DNA of 64,000 nt, taken from contig OY969696.1 of the NCBI GenBank assembly GCA_963702005.1, forward strand, positions 2,464,001 to 2,528,000. Direction: 5' to 3'. Numbering within the stretch: position 1 is the first letter of the stretch; each line of letters starts with the position of its first letter. The position numbers and the translations under genes are program-made. Under the pieces are notes generated by a model. The model did no database searches. It worked only from the letters and a program-made list of their open reading frames with translations, and was not told the DNA's origin. This document shows, piece by piece, positions 37,817 through 49,451 of this stretch. This stretch comes from Candidatus Aminicenantes bacterium (GTDB lineage Bacteria; Acidobacteriota; Aminicenantia; Aminicenantales; JAFGBC01).

Positions 37817-37885
37817 TCGTCTTTTTCCACTATAATATCCATTCCGGACGCGAGTTCCTATTCGTTTCTTTAACGACGGAATCCC

Positions 37886-39772
<1,887 letters not shown>

Positions 39773-39872
39773 AGCGTGGACCGAGACGCGGCGCAGGGGC
39801 GCGGAGTTGACTTTGAAAAAATGCTCTGATATACATTCCCTCTGAGCAGGATCGGGAATAGAACGCCTTGAT

Positions 39873-40727
39873 ATGAACTCTCCCGGGCCTAGGAATTGCG
39901 GTGACCGGCCTGCGCGTCGTTTTCATCTCTCGGCAATTCCATTCGGTTTTATCATCCTTCTCGGGATCTCACTCCTCCCCGTCGCCTGCTCGCGCGGCGC
40001 GTCCCGGCGCGGGCTCACCCTGGCCGGATCGACCAGCATCCAACCCTTCGCCGACCGCTGGGCCGAGATTTACATGAAGATCCATCCGGACCGGATCGTC
40101 AACGTCCAGGGCGGCGGGTCGAGCGCCGGAATCCAGGCCGCCCGGAGCGGGGCCGCCCAGATCGGGATGTCCTCGCGGGAGCTCAAGCCGGACGAGAAGG
40201 ATCTGACCGAATACATCGTGGCCCGCGACGGCCTGGCCATCGTCGTCCATCCCCGGAATTCTCTGCGCGGTATCGGGCTGGATAAAATCCGCGACATTTT
40301 CGCGGGACGGATCAAGACTTGGCGGGAGTTGGGGCAGGGGAGCGGCGCGATCACCGTCGTAACACGCGAGGAGGGCTCGGGGACGCGGGGCGCGTTCCAG
40401 GAGCTCGTCATGCACAAAGACAGGATCGATCGGGAAGCCATCGTCGAAGACTCCAACGGCACGGTCCGGGCCATCGTGGCCCAGGATCCGCGCTCGATCG
40501 GCTATATATCGCTCGGCCTCGTCGATAAAACCGTCGAGGCGCTCGAACTGGACGGGGTCGAAGCCAGCGACGCCAACATCCTGGCCGGCCGCTATCCCCT
40601 CGTCCGCCCCTTCCTATTCCTCAGCAACGGCCCGCCCGGCGCCGAGGCGCAAGCCTTCATCGATTTCGTGCTGTCGACGGACGGTCAGGACCTGGTCGAA
40701 AGCGGAGGCCTGATCCGGGCCCGCTGA
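39873..40727 (+). CDS. pstS: Phosphate ABC transporter substrate-binding lipoprotein
   Basis: Lipobox PVAC, GSTS, GGGSSAG, MSSR, REEGSGT, YPLVRP. Confidence 0.92.
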   Translation: MNSPGPRNCGDRPARRFHLSAIPFGFIILLGISLLPVACSRGASRRGLTLAGSTSIQPFADRWAEIYMKIHPDRIVNVQGGGSSAGIQAARSGAAQIGMSSRELKPDEKDLTEYIVARDGLAIVVHPRNSLRGIGLDKIRDIFAGRIKTWRELGQGSGAITVVTREEGSGTRGAFQELVMHKDRIDREAIVEDSNGTVRAIVAQDPRSIGYISLGLVDKTVEALELDGVEASDANILAGRYPLVRPFLFLSNGPPGAEAQAFIDFVLSTDGQDLVESGGLIRAR

Positions 40728-40736
40728 GGACGACCC

Positions 40737-41600
40737 ATGACGCGACTGGAACGCAACGACCGTCTCATAAAGCTCGGTCTTCTGATGGTCGCTTTTTCGG
40801 CCGTGTCCATCCTGGTCGTCATTACGATTTTCATCTTTTCGGAAGGGATGCCGATCATGTTCAAATACGGGCTGCGCCAGTTCCTGCTCGGCCTGAATTG
40901 GTATCCGTCCGAGAAAAGCTTCGGCCTTCTCCCCATGATCGTGGGCTCCCTGTTCGTGACATCGGGTGCGCTCCTCGTCGGAGTTCCTACCGGCCTGGCC
41001 TGTGCGGTCGTCCTAACCCAGTTCGCCTCGAAGAGGCTGGGCCGGATCCTGAAGCCCGTCATCGAGCTCCTGGCCGGGATTCCCTCCGTTGTCTACGGAT
41101 TCATCGGAATCGTCGTCATCGTTCCCTTCATCCGAGAGAACTTAGGTGGGCCGGGGCTGTCGGTCCTGGCTGCTTCGCTGGTCCTGGGCATCATGATCCT
41201 CCCGACCATCATCAGCATCTCGATCGACGCTTTCCAGGCCCTGCCGCCGACCTACCGGGAAGGCTCGATCGCGCTGGGGGCCACGGTCTGGCAGACGACC
41301 CGGATGGTCCTCGTCCCGGCCGCGCGCTCCGGGATCATCGCCGCCATCATCCTCGGCATGGGGAGGGCCATCGGCGAAACGATGGCCGTCATCATGATCG
41401 CGGGCAACGCGGCCGCTATCCCGGGGTCGCCTTTGGCTCCGGTCCGGACCCTGACTTCGAACATCGCCCTCGAAATGGGCTACGCCAGCGGCGAGCACCG
41501 CGAGGCCCTGTTCGCGACCGGCGTCATCCTGTTCATCATCATCATGGTCCTCAACACGCTGGCCAACTGGACTTCGTCGCGCCGCCGGAAGGGATCCTAA
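40737..41600 (+). CDS. pstC: Phosphate ABC transporter permease
   Basis: ELLAGIPSVVYG, LGMGRAIGETMAV. Confidence 0.93.
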   Translation: MTRLERNDRLIKLGLLMVAFSAVSILVVITIFIFSEGMPIMFKYGLRQFLLGLNWYPSEKSFGLLPMIVGSLFVTSGALLVGVPTGLACAVVLTQFASKRLGRILKPVIELLAGIPSVVYGFIGIVVIVPFIRENLGGPGLSVLAASLVLGIMILPTIISISIDAFQALPPTYREGSIALGATVWQTTRMVLVPAARSGIIAAIILGMGRAIGETMAVIMIAGNAAAIPGSPLAPVRTLTSNIALEMGYASGEHREALFATGVILFIIIMVLNTLANWTSSRRRKGS

Positions 41601-41603
41601 ACG

Positions 41604-42440
41604 ATGGGTCTGCGTCCCCGACTCGAGCAGAAGGCCGCCCAGGTCGTGCTCTGGACGCTCACCCTGACGACCGTGCTCATTCTGTTCTTCATCATCGTCT
41701 TCATCCTCCGCAAGGGCCTGCCCATGCTTAACCTCGAATTCCTAACCCGGAACCCGGAGGACATGGGGCGCTCGGGCGGAATCTTCTCGACGATCGTCGG
41801 GACGCTGGCCCTGACCCTGATGGCCGTCCTGATCGCGGCGCCCCTCGGCGTCGGCACGGCCATCTTCCTGACGGAGTACACTTGGGAGGGCCGCCTGACG
41901 CGGATGATTCGTTTCGGAGCCGAATGCCTGGCCGGAATCCCGTCGATCCTGTTCGGGTTGTTCGGGTTCATCCTGTTCGTGACCAAGCTCAAGCTCGGCT
42001 GGTCCGTCATCAGCGGGGGGCTAACTCTGTCTTTTATGATCCTGCCCACGATCATTCGTACCAGCGAAGAAGCGATCCGGAGCGTGCCGGCGTCCTATCG
42101 CGAGGTCAGCGCCTCGTTGGGCTGCACAAAGTGGCAAACAGTGACCCGGGTGGTCCTGCCGTCGGCTCTGCCGGGCATCATGACGGGCGTCATCCTTTCG
42201 ATCGGCCGCAGCATCGGCGAGACGGCGGCCGTCATCTTCACGGCCGGGAGCGCTCTGCGCATTCCGACATCGATATTTTCTTCGTCGCGGACGATGGCCG
42301 TCCACTTCTACATCCTGGCCCGGGAAGGGATCTCGATGCCCAACGCCTACGGAACGGCCGCCGTCCTGGTCGTGACCATCCTCTTGATCAACCTTGTATC
42401 CTACTATCTCATGCACCGCTTCATAAGGAAATATTCTTAG
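41604..42440 (+). CDS. pstA: Phosphate ABC transporter permease
   Basis: LAGIPSILFGLFG, R.IGETAA. Confidence 0.93.
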   Translation: MGLRPRLEQKAAQVVLWTLTLTTVLILFFIIVFILRKGLPMLNLEFLTRNPEDMGRSGGIFSTIVGTLALTLMAVLIAAPLGVGTAIFLTEYTWEGRLTRMIRFGAECLAGIPSILFGLFGFILFVTKLKLGWSVISGGLTLSFMILPTIIRTSEEAIRSVPASYREVSASLGCTKWQTVTRVVLPSALPGIMTGVILSIGRSIGETAAVIFTAGSALRIPTSIFSSSRTMAVHFYILAREGISMPNAYGTAAVLVVTILLINLVSYYLMHRFIRKYS

Positions 42441-42450
42441 GACCCTGGGA

Positions 42451-43218
42451 ATGAAGACAAGCCGGGAACCGCTCATCCGCGTCAGGGAGTTCAGCCTGAA
42501 GACGGAATCGGTCCGGATCCTGAACCGCCTGACCTTGGACGTCGAGCCGAACGAGATTCTGGGTATCATCGGGCCGTCCGGGAGCGGCAAGACCTCATTT
42601 CTCCGCTGTCTGAACCGACTCAACGACCTCGTTCCGGGCTATCAGGCCGAAGGGGAGATCATCTTCGGCGGCCGGTCGATCCTGGGTCCCGAGGTCAATG
42701 TCGTCGAGTTGCGCCGCAAGCAGGGGATGGTGTTCGCGACGCCGGTCCCCCTGCCGCGCTCCATCTTCGAGAACGTCGTCTTCGGCGCCCGCCTCTCCGG
42801 CGTCCGGGGGCGGCAGAAGCTCCTGGAGCTGGCCGAGGAGAGCCTCTGCCAGGCCGGGCTGTGGGATGAAGTCCGGGAGCGTCTTGACGAGAGCGCCCTC
42901 AGGCTTTCGGGCGGTCAACAACAGCGCTTATGCATCGCTCGGATCCTGGCCCTGAGGCCGGAGGTCATCCTGCTCGACGAGCCGACCTCGGGACTCGACC
43001 CTATCTCGACCCTCAAGATCGAGGAGTCCCTGCACAAGCTCCGCGCGGCCTATACGATCATACTGGTCACCAACAACGTCAAACAGGCGGCCCGGGTCGC
43101 GGACCGGACGGCGTTTTTCCTGTCGGGCGAGCTCATCGAGATCGGGGCGACCGCCAAAATATTCACCGCTCCCGACGACCCGAAAACCAACGACTACATC
43201 TCGGGACGGTTCGGATGA
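42451..43218 (+). CDS. pstB: Phosphate ABC transporter ATPase, copy 1 (degenerate Q-loop and H-loop)
   Basis: [42 protein letters not shown]; VFAT and VTNN variants. Confidence 0.9.
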   Translation: MKTSREPLIRVREFSLKTESVRILNRLTLDVEPNEILGIIGPSGSGKTSFLRCLNRLNDLVPGYQAEGEIIFGGRSILGPEVNVVELRRKQGMVFATPVPLPRSIFENVVFGARLSGVRGRQKLLELAEESLCQAGLWDEVRERLDESALRLSGGQQQRLCIARILALRPEVILLDEPTSGLDPISTLKIEESLHKLRAAYTIILVTNNVKQAARVADRTAFFLSGELIEIGATAKIFTAPDDPKTNDYISGRFG

Positions 43219-43973
43219 CGACTCCCATCATCGAGGTCAAGACGCTCTCGCTCTGGTATGGGAAGTTTCGGGCCCTCCAAGACGTGACGATCGACATCGA
43301 AATCAACCGGATCACGGCCTTGATCGGCCCCTCCGGCTGCGGCAAGTCAACATTCCTGCGCTCCCTCAACCGGATGAACGACCTCATCGAGAGCGTCCGG
43401 ATCGCGGGGACGGTTCTCGTTCAGGGGCAAGATATTTACGCCAAGGGCACCGACCTCCTCGCTCTCCGCCAGAACGTCGGCATGGTCTTCCAGCGTCCCA
43501 ATCCGTTCCCGCTGAGCGTCGCCGACAACGTGATTTACGGGCTTCGCGTTCACGGTATCACGGACAAGACGGTCCGGGACGAACGGCTCCAGCGGAGTCT
43601 CGAGGCCGTCCATCTCTGGGGGGAGCTCAAGGATGGGCTGGGCCGGAACGCCCTCTCGCTTTCGAGTGAACAACAGCAGCGGCTGTGCATCGCCCGGCTG
43701 ATCGCCGTCAAGCCCGAGGTCCTGCTCATGGACGAGCCCTGTTCGGCCCTTGACCCGATCGCGACGGCCCGGATCGAAGAGCTCATGGCCGAACTCAAAA
43801 AGCGCTATTCGATCGTCATCGTGACCCACAACATGCAGCAGGCCGCCCGCGTTTCCGACACGACGGGGTATTTCCTGCTGGGCGAACTGGTCGAGGTCGG
43901 CGCGACGCCGCAGATCTTCACCGCTCCCTGCGATTCAAGAACTGAGGATTATATCACCGGCCGCTTCGGATGA
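43215..43973 (+). CDS. pstB: Phosphate ABC transporter ATPase, copy 2 (degenerate signature motif)
   Basis: [43 protein letters not shown]; LSSEQ variant; ATGA overlap. Confidence 0.92.
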   Translation: MTTPIIEVKTLSLWYGKFRALQDVTIDIEINRITALIGPSGCGKSTFLRSLNRMNDLIESVRIAGTVLVQGQDIYAKGTDLLALRQNVGMVFQRPNPFPLSVADNVIYGLRVHGITDKTVRDERLQRSLEAVHLWGELKDGLGRNALSLSSEQQQRLCIARLIAVKPEVLLMDEPCSALDPIATARIEELMAELKKRYSIVIVTHNMQQAARVSDTTGYFLLGELVEVGATPQIFTAPCDSRTEDYITGRFG

Positions 43974-43980
43974 GAGGCCT

Positions 43981-44580
43981 ATGCCTACAAATATTGTTAA
44001 TGTCGGATACGACTCAACCAACTACTACATCATCGCCGGCGCCGCCAAAACCATGCTGCTGGTCGATTGCGGATGGCCCGGCACCCTAGGGAAACTGAAG
44101 AGCCGGTTCAAGGGGAAGGGGATCGAGCTTAATCAAGTTCAATACCTTTTAGTGACTCACTATCATCCCGACCACGCGGGCCTGACCCAAGAATTGCGGA
44201 ATGCGGGGCTGAGGCTCATACTCATGGATACTCAAGTGCCGTTTGTCGGACAGTTGAAGAAAATCATGAAGCCGAACAGCGGATATATTGATATCGTGGT
44301 TGAGGGCAGTTTTGTCCTCAAGAGCGCAGACAGCCGGGCCTTCTTGAAGCAAATCGGAATAGACGGCGTGATTTTCGCAACTCCCGGACATTCTCCCGAT
44401 AGCGTGTCTTTGATACTGGATGAGGGGATAGCGTTTACCGGCGACCTGACCCACGAATCCATGTTGTCGGAGGATGATGTCAGCGCCAGGGAAAGCTGGC
44501 ATCAAATCCGTCGACGCGGCATTCGGATTGTCTATCCAGCTCACGGCGGCGTGTTGCACCGGCAGCAGGATGGGAGATAG
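43981..44580 (+). CDS. Metallo-beta-lactamase fold hydrolase
   Basis: VDCG, THYHPDH, TPGHS, FTGD, YPAHG. Confidence 0.88.
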   Translation: MPTNIVNVGYDSTNYYIIAGAAKTMLLVDCGWPGTLGKLKSRFKGKGIELNQVQYLLVTHYHPDHAGLTQELRNAGLRLILMDTQVPFVGQLKKIMKPNSGYIDIVVEGSFVLKSADSRAFLKQIGIDGVIFATPGHSPDSVSLILDEGIAFTGDLTHESMLSEDDVSARESWHQIRRRGIRIVYPAHGGVLHRQQDGR

Positions 44581-44644
44581 GGTCAAGAAAAGCTTCCCGC
44601 TTTATTTCCTTACCGCCTTGGCTATATAATCTTCATCAAAGAGG

Positions 44645-45448
44645 ATGACCATGAAGAAAATCGTCTTGGGACTGTCATTAGCACTGGTTTTGAGCCTGGC
44701 GGCGTCCTGCATTATAGCCGTCGTGGACACGTCAGAGTCGGGGATGGATGGGACCGCTTACAGCTACCGGAAGTCCGCTCCATTTTCCGCGGGCGGAAAG
44801 GTCTCCCTGGTCAACACGAACGGCGACATCCTGGTCCGTGGCTGGGACGACGCCCACGTCGAAGTCTTGGCCAGGGAGCCCGGCAACTGGCCCAGGCCGC
44901 GCGGGTTGCGGATCTCCGGGATCGGCTCCCTGGAGCCCGAGATTCGGTTCGACCTCAGCGATAATACCCTCAAGCTCCAATGCCCCGATGAGGGGGAAAA
45001 AGACAGCGTCTATGATTTCGAGATCCGCGTCCCGCGTTCCGTTAAAATCGAGGGCATCCGGAACGGCCAAGGGACTATTCGCGTCTCCAATGTCTACGGT
45101 CGCCTGGAAGTCGAGGCGGAGCGGGGCGAAGTTCATGTCGAGAATTTCTCCGGCGTCCTCGACGTCTCGCTCGAAGAGGGAGATGTCCAGGCCGAGGTCT
45201 TGGACATGAGGTCCGAGGACGAAATCCGGATTGAGGTAGGGGAGGGCGATGTTGAGATCTTCCTCCAGGATCCGGTCGGAGCGACGATAGAGGCCGAGAC
45301 CGGAGACGGCGAAGTCACGAGTGAAATGGAATTCGGCCAGCCGCTTCCGGCGAAGAAGCTTACGGTAAAGCCCGAGAGCCCGAACGGCCGCATCATTCTC
45401 AAGACCGACAGCGGGGATATCCGGATCCGAAAGTCCAGCGGAGAATAA
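44645..45448 (+). CDS. DUF4097 family beta-strand repeat lipoprotein
   Basis: Lipobox AASC; NGDI.V.GWD, repeated G.I/V strands, terminal GDIRI. Confidence 0.78.
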   Translation: MTMKKIVLGLSLALVLSLAASCIIAVVDTSESGMDGTAYSYRKSAPFSAGGKVSLVNTNGDILVRGWDDAHVEVLAREPGNWPRPRGLRISGIGSLEPEIRFDLSDNTLKLQCPDEGEKDSVYDFEIRVPRSVKIEGIRNGQGTIRVSNVYGRLEVEAERGEVHVENFSGVLDVSLEEGDVQAEVLDMRSEDEIRIEVGEGDVEIFLQDPVGATIEAETGDGEVTSEMEFGQPLPAKKLTVKPESPNGRIILKTDSGDIRIRKSSGE

Positions 45449-45463
45449 CGAGGAGGGTATCCG

Positions 45464-46279
45464 ATGGAAGAGAAAAGAAAGGTCATCGTCACCGGACTCA
45501 TCTTTCTCGGCCTTCTGATCGTCGGCGGCGGCCTTTACTACTTCCTCGTCCTAGACCGCTTCCATGAGCCCTCCAAGACCCAGGCCGGCGAAGCCGTCCC
45601 GGGGCTGGCCGAGGAGAAAATCGCCGCAAGTGAGGCCGAAGAGCGCTCTCCGGTCGAGTTGGACAAGAGCGACGAATATGTCAGGGCCAACGTCCAAGGA
45701 TTGTCCTCCCAACCAGGCTTTGCCGCCTGGCTTAAAATAAGCGGACTCATCAGGAGGTTTGTCGCGGCCGTGGACAACGTCGCCAACGGTGTAAGCCCCA
45801 GACCTCAGCTCGAAATCCTGGGGCCCGATAAGGCGTTCGCCGCCGTCAAGAAAGGGCGGCAGCTCCATATCGATCCCGCGAGCTACGGCCGCTACGACAA
45901 CGTGGCCGACGTTTTTTCCTCCCTGGACACGGCCCAGAGCGTCAAGGCCTATCGGAGCCTGAGGCCCCTGATCCGGGACGCCTATCGCGAGCTGGGCTAT
46001 CCCACTCAGGAATTTCAGGACACGCTCGTCCGGGCCATTGACGAGCTGCTCCAGGTCCCGCTCGTCCGGGGTTCCATCGTAATTGAAAAACAAGTCCTGA
46101 CTTACATAATCATTGACCGGACCCTGGAGGAGCTGAGCCCGCCCCAAAAGCATCTCCTCCGGATGGGCGCGGAAAACGTCGAGATCATCCAGTCCAAGCT
46201 GAGGGAATTCGCAACGGCCCTGGGAGTTCCGGCCGACCGCCTGCCTAAGAGCCGAAACTATACGCCGCGCTCTTACTAA
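45464..46279 (+). CDS. DUF3014 family protein
   Basis: N-terminal TM; LIRRFV..VDN.A.G.SP, SY.RY, AY.ELGYP, QK.LLRMG..N. Confidence 0.82.
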   Translation: MEEKRKVIVTGLIFLGLLIVGGGLYYFLVLDRFHEPSKTQAGEAVPGLAEEKIAASEAEERSPVELDKSDEYVRANVQGLSSQPGFAAWLKISGLIRRFVAAVDNVANGVSPRPQLEILGPDKAFAAVKKGRQLHIDPASYGRYDNVADVFSSLDTAQSVKAYRSLRPLIRDAYRELGYPTQEFQDTLVRAIDELLQVPLVRGSIVIEKQVLTYIIIDRTLEELSPPQKHLLRMGAENVEIIQSKLREFATALGVPADRLPKSRNYTPRSY

Positions 46280-46318
46280 TCGGCGCGCCCTGGGAAGAAC
46301 GAGCGCTTCGAGAGATCT

Positions 46319-47701
46319 TCACTTTGTGCAAATAACCGTCTGCGCTGTCGTTTCGTTATTTCCGGCCTTGTAGCGATTCAAAAAAGCGCCAACCGGTTCC
46401 CCTGAAACCTGGACTTGGGTTGCCTGCGCGGGACGATGGGTCGATCTCACGACGGCTTTGCTGGAGCCGACGAAGACCCCGCAAGAAGGATCGATCGTTC
46501 CGTCTGCGCCAAGCCTCATGACCAGGACGTCGTCGCCACCCGCGCCGTAAGATCTCGTTTTGCCGGCGACGATGTACCCCCCGAGGGAACTCGGCATCTC
46601 ACGGACGGACCAGGCGGCGTCGTAGTCTTTCCCGCCATAGCATTTCTCCCAGACGATCGCGCCTTCCGGGTCGAGCTTGAACACCCAGGCGTCCGCGTTC
46701 CCCGAGCCGAACGAAAGAGTCGTCCCGGCTACGATGTAGCCTCCATCGCGGGTCTGTCGAATCGAATGGGCGTAGTCGGACTTCGTTCCCCCGTAGGTTT
46801 TTTCCCATTCGGGCTGTCCGTTTTTATCCAGCTTGAGGATCCAGATATCCCAGCCGCCCGCCCCGTAGGAAGCGGTCTGTCCGAGCACGATAAATCCTTC
46901 GTCGGACGTCTGCAGGATATCGAAGGCAAGATCATGATCGGGGCCGCCATAGGTGAATTGCCAGGTGATGTCGCATCCGGAGGTAAGCTTGAGAAGCCAG
47001 ATATCGTTATCTCCGGGGCCGAAGGATCTTGTCACGCCCGCGACCACGGATCCCCCGTCGGAGGTCGAGCCCACGGCTTGTCCGTAATCCGCGCTCGGCC
47101 CGTCAGGTTTGATCATCGTCCGAGACCATCCCTCTTTGTTGATCTTATGGACAACCACCCCCCCCGTCCGATTGGAATAGCCCGTATGATGTCCGGCGAT
47201 GATATAGCCCCCATCTCTGATCGTGCACAGGGAGGGGTAGCTGCTGGTATCATGGGGATAATATTCGGTCCTATATACTTGAACAAAGCCGGAGTCTTCC
47301 TCTCCGTTCTTGTCGATTTTCAAAATCTGGAAATAGCGGCATCCCGAATAGGTGTAATTGATGAGCGCGGCTATTTGGGCGTCTTTCGTTTGCCTGACGC
47401 AGAGCGCTTCGCTTCCCGACGAACTTGAATAGGGCTGAGTATCCAATTTCTGCCAGAGGATCGTCCCGTAGCTTGATAATTTTATGATCCAGAATGCCTT
47501 CTCGTATTTTGAATTCTTGAAATAGCTCTTCGTCCCGCCCGCCACGACGAAGCCGCCCCCCGGCGCCGGGATGATGTCGTTAGCCCAATCATCCGCCTTT
47601 CCGCCGTAGGTTCTGGCCCACTGCGCGTCGAGAGCCGCGCCGGCCGTCAGCAATAAAATAAAAGCTGAAACGAGGACTCTTTTTGTGATCAATTTATTCA
47701 C
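46319..47701 (-). CDS. Secreted beta-propeller repeat protein (W.KTYGG...D repeats)
   Basis: Signal peptide; ~50-aa repeats QT.DGG.IVAG.T.SFG.G..D.W..KLD..G...W..TYGG; GTG start. Confidence 0.8.
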   Translation of the reverse strand: MNKLITKRVLVSAFILLLTAGAALDAQWARTYGGKADDWANDIIPAPGGGFVVAGGTKSYFKNSKYEKAFWIIKLSSYGTILWQKLDTQPYSSSSGSEALCVRQTKDAQIAALINYTYSGCRYFQILKIDKNGEEDSGFVQVYRTEYYPHDTSSYPSLCTIRDGGYIIAGHHTGYSNRTGGVVVHKINKEGWSRTMIKPDGPSADYGQAVGSTSDGGSVVAGVTRSFGPGDNDIWLLKLTSGCDITWQFTYGGPDHDLAFDILQTSDEGFIVLGQTASYGAGGWDIWILKLDKNGQPEWEKTYGGTKSDYAHSIRQTRDGGYIVAGTTLSFGSGNADAWVFKLDPEGAIVWEKCYGGKDYDAAWSVREMPSSLGGYIVAGKTRSYGAGGDDVLVMRLGADGTIDPSCGVFVGSSKAVVRSTHRPAQATQVQVSGEPVGAFLNRYKAGNNETTAQTVICTK

Positions 47702-47724
47702 TTCCTTCGGAATTCGCAGCCCTC

Positions 47725-48723
47725 CTACCGGCCGCCGCCCCAGCGGAAAGGCCGGCGCTTCCGGAAATTAGGGACGAGGTGCTCCTCGTCCGGGAACGGA
47801 TCGGGCTGTGTGTAGAGGTTATCGAATCCAAGCTCCTGCGCCCGCATAACCGCTTCCTGATACTCCTTGACCGTCAATCCGCGCCGGATCTCCTCGGGCG
47901 CCCGAAAACAGGGGCGGTACTGGCTCATCAGGCTGAAATAAACAGAAGGGGAGATGTTGTAGCGGATCCACTCCAGGACGGCCCAGGTGTCGCGGACCTG
48001 GCCGGGCAGGATGAGATGGCGGATGATGAGGCCGCGCAGGGCGATGTCATGGTCGTCCAAGACGAGCTTGGGCTGCTGACGGAACATCTCCTGAAGGGCC
48101 GGCCCGGCGTGTTGAAAGTAATCGGCCGCGCCCGAATAGCGCCGCGAGACTTCAGGGTCGTGATACTTGAGGTCGGGGAGGTAGATATCGACGATCCCCT
48201 CCAAGCGGCGAATGACTTCCGTCTTATCGTAGCCGTTCGAATTGTAAACGATGGGGAGATCGAGACCTTGGGCCAGGGCGATCTTGAGGGCGCGCAGGAT
48301 GGGGAGAAGGACGTGGGAAGGCGAGACGAGGTTGATGTTGAACGCGCCCTGTCGTTGGAGCTTCAGCATCATCCCGGCCAGAGCTTGGTCGTCCGCCTGC
48401 TCGCCCTCTTGAAGCCAGCTCAGCTGATAGTTCTGGCAGAAGAGGCACTTCAGGTTGCAGCCGGTGAAAAAGATCGTCCCCGAGCCCGCCCGGCCGTGTT
48501 TGGACGACGGCCCCGGATAGCCCGGGCCGCTGAGGACGGGTTCTTCGCCGTAGTGAAGGAGGGCATGGGAGACCGAAGCCAGCCGTCCCGTCTGGCAGAC
48601 GCCTTTTTCCTTTTGGGTCCGGTCGATCCGGCAATCCCTGGGGCAGAGCGTGCAGGATGATTCGAGCGGTGCGAGCGCTTCTAGAGCCCGCTCGATGAGA
48701 TCGACTTTGTTCGGGGCGGTCAT
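47725..48723 (-). CDS. Radical SAM protein, PflX-like
   Basis: C.LCPR.C, H.GEEP, GSGTIFF.GCNLKCLFCQN, DIYLPD.KY, RHLILPG. Confidence 0.88.
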   Translation of the reverse strand: MTAPNKVDLIERALEALAPLESSCTLCPRDCRIDRTQKEKGVCQTGRLASVSHALLHYGEEPVLSGPGYPGPSSKHGRAGSGTIFFTGCNLKCLFCQNYQLSWLQEGEQADDQALAGMMLKLQRQGAFNINLVSPSHVLLPILRALKIALAQGLDLPIVYNSNGYDKTEVIRRLEGIVDIYLPDLKYHDPEVSRRYSGAADYFQHAGPALQEMFRQQPKLVLDDHDIALRGLIIRHLILPGQVRDTWAVLEWIRYNISPSVYFSLMSQYRPCFRAPEEIRRGLTVKEYQEAVMRAQELGFDNLYTQPDPFPDEEHLVPNFRKRRPFRWGGGR

Positions 48724-48776
48724 GGCGCTCTTGATTCTACCATGTTGATTCCGGTGCGCGCCATCTGTATAGTAGA

Positions 48777-49436
48777 GTGATTGTGATCGAGCTTATCAAG
48801 AAACTTATCGACCTGGTCGTTCATCTCGACGCCCACTTGAGCGAACTCATCCGGACCTGCGGCTTGTGGACCTACCTCATTCTGTTCGCGGTCATTTTCT
48901 GCGAGACGGGGCTGGTCGTGACGCCGTTCCTGCCGGGCGACTCCCTCCTGTTCGCGGCCGGGTCGTTCGCCGCCCTGGGCGACCTCAAGCTCATGTGGCT
49001 GTTCACGATCCTGGCCGTCGCGGCCGTCCTGGGCGACACCGTCAATTACTGGATCGGCCGTCGGGTCGGGCCCAAGATCTTCCAGCGGGAAAAATCCCGT
49101 TTCTTCAAAAAGGAGTACCTGGACCGGACGCACACCTTCTACGAGAAGCACGGCGTCAAGACGATCATTATCGCCCGATTCGTTCCCATCATCCGGACAT
49201 TCGCGCCCTTCGTGGCCGGGATCGGCCGCATGAGCTACGGTAAGTTCCTAAGCTACAACGTCATCGGCGGGGTCGGCTGGGTGGCCATCTTTGTCTTCGG
49301 GGGATATCTGTTCGGCAACATCCCCTTAGTCAGAAAGAACTTCTCGATCGTCATCATCGCCATCGTACTCATCTCTATGCTTCCCGGGCTCATCGAATTC
49401 CTGAGACACCGGAAGCAAGCCGGAGCGGGGGCATGA
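48777..49436 (+). CDS. dedA: DedA family membrane protein
   Basis: F.ETGLVVTPFLPGDSLLF, GD.VNY.IG, ARFVPIIRTFAPFVAG. Confidence 0.92.
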   Translation: MIVIELIKKLIDLVVHLDAHLSELIRTCGLWTYLILFAVIFCETGLVVTPFLPGDSLLFAAGSFAALGDLKLMWLFTILAVAAVLGDTVNYWIGRRVGPKIFQREKSRFFKKEYLDRTHTFYEKHGVKTIIIARFVPIIRTFAPFVAGIGRMSYGKFLSYNVIGGVGWVAIFVFGGYLFGNIPLVRKNFSIVIIAIVLISMLPGLIEFLRHRKQAGAGA

Positions 49437-49451
49437 GATCGTCTGAAGGTC

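Noticed and set aside
39773-39872. Pho box upstream of pstS
   Set aside because: No 11-bp-spaced TGTCA-type direct repeats; only a sigma70-like TTGACT box.
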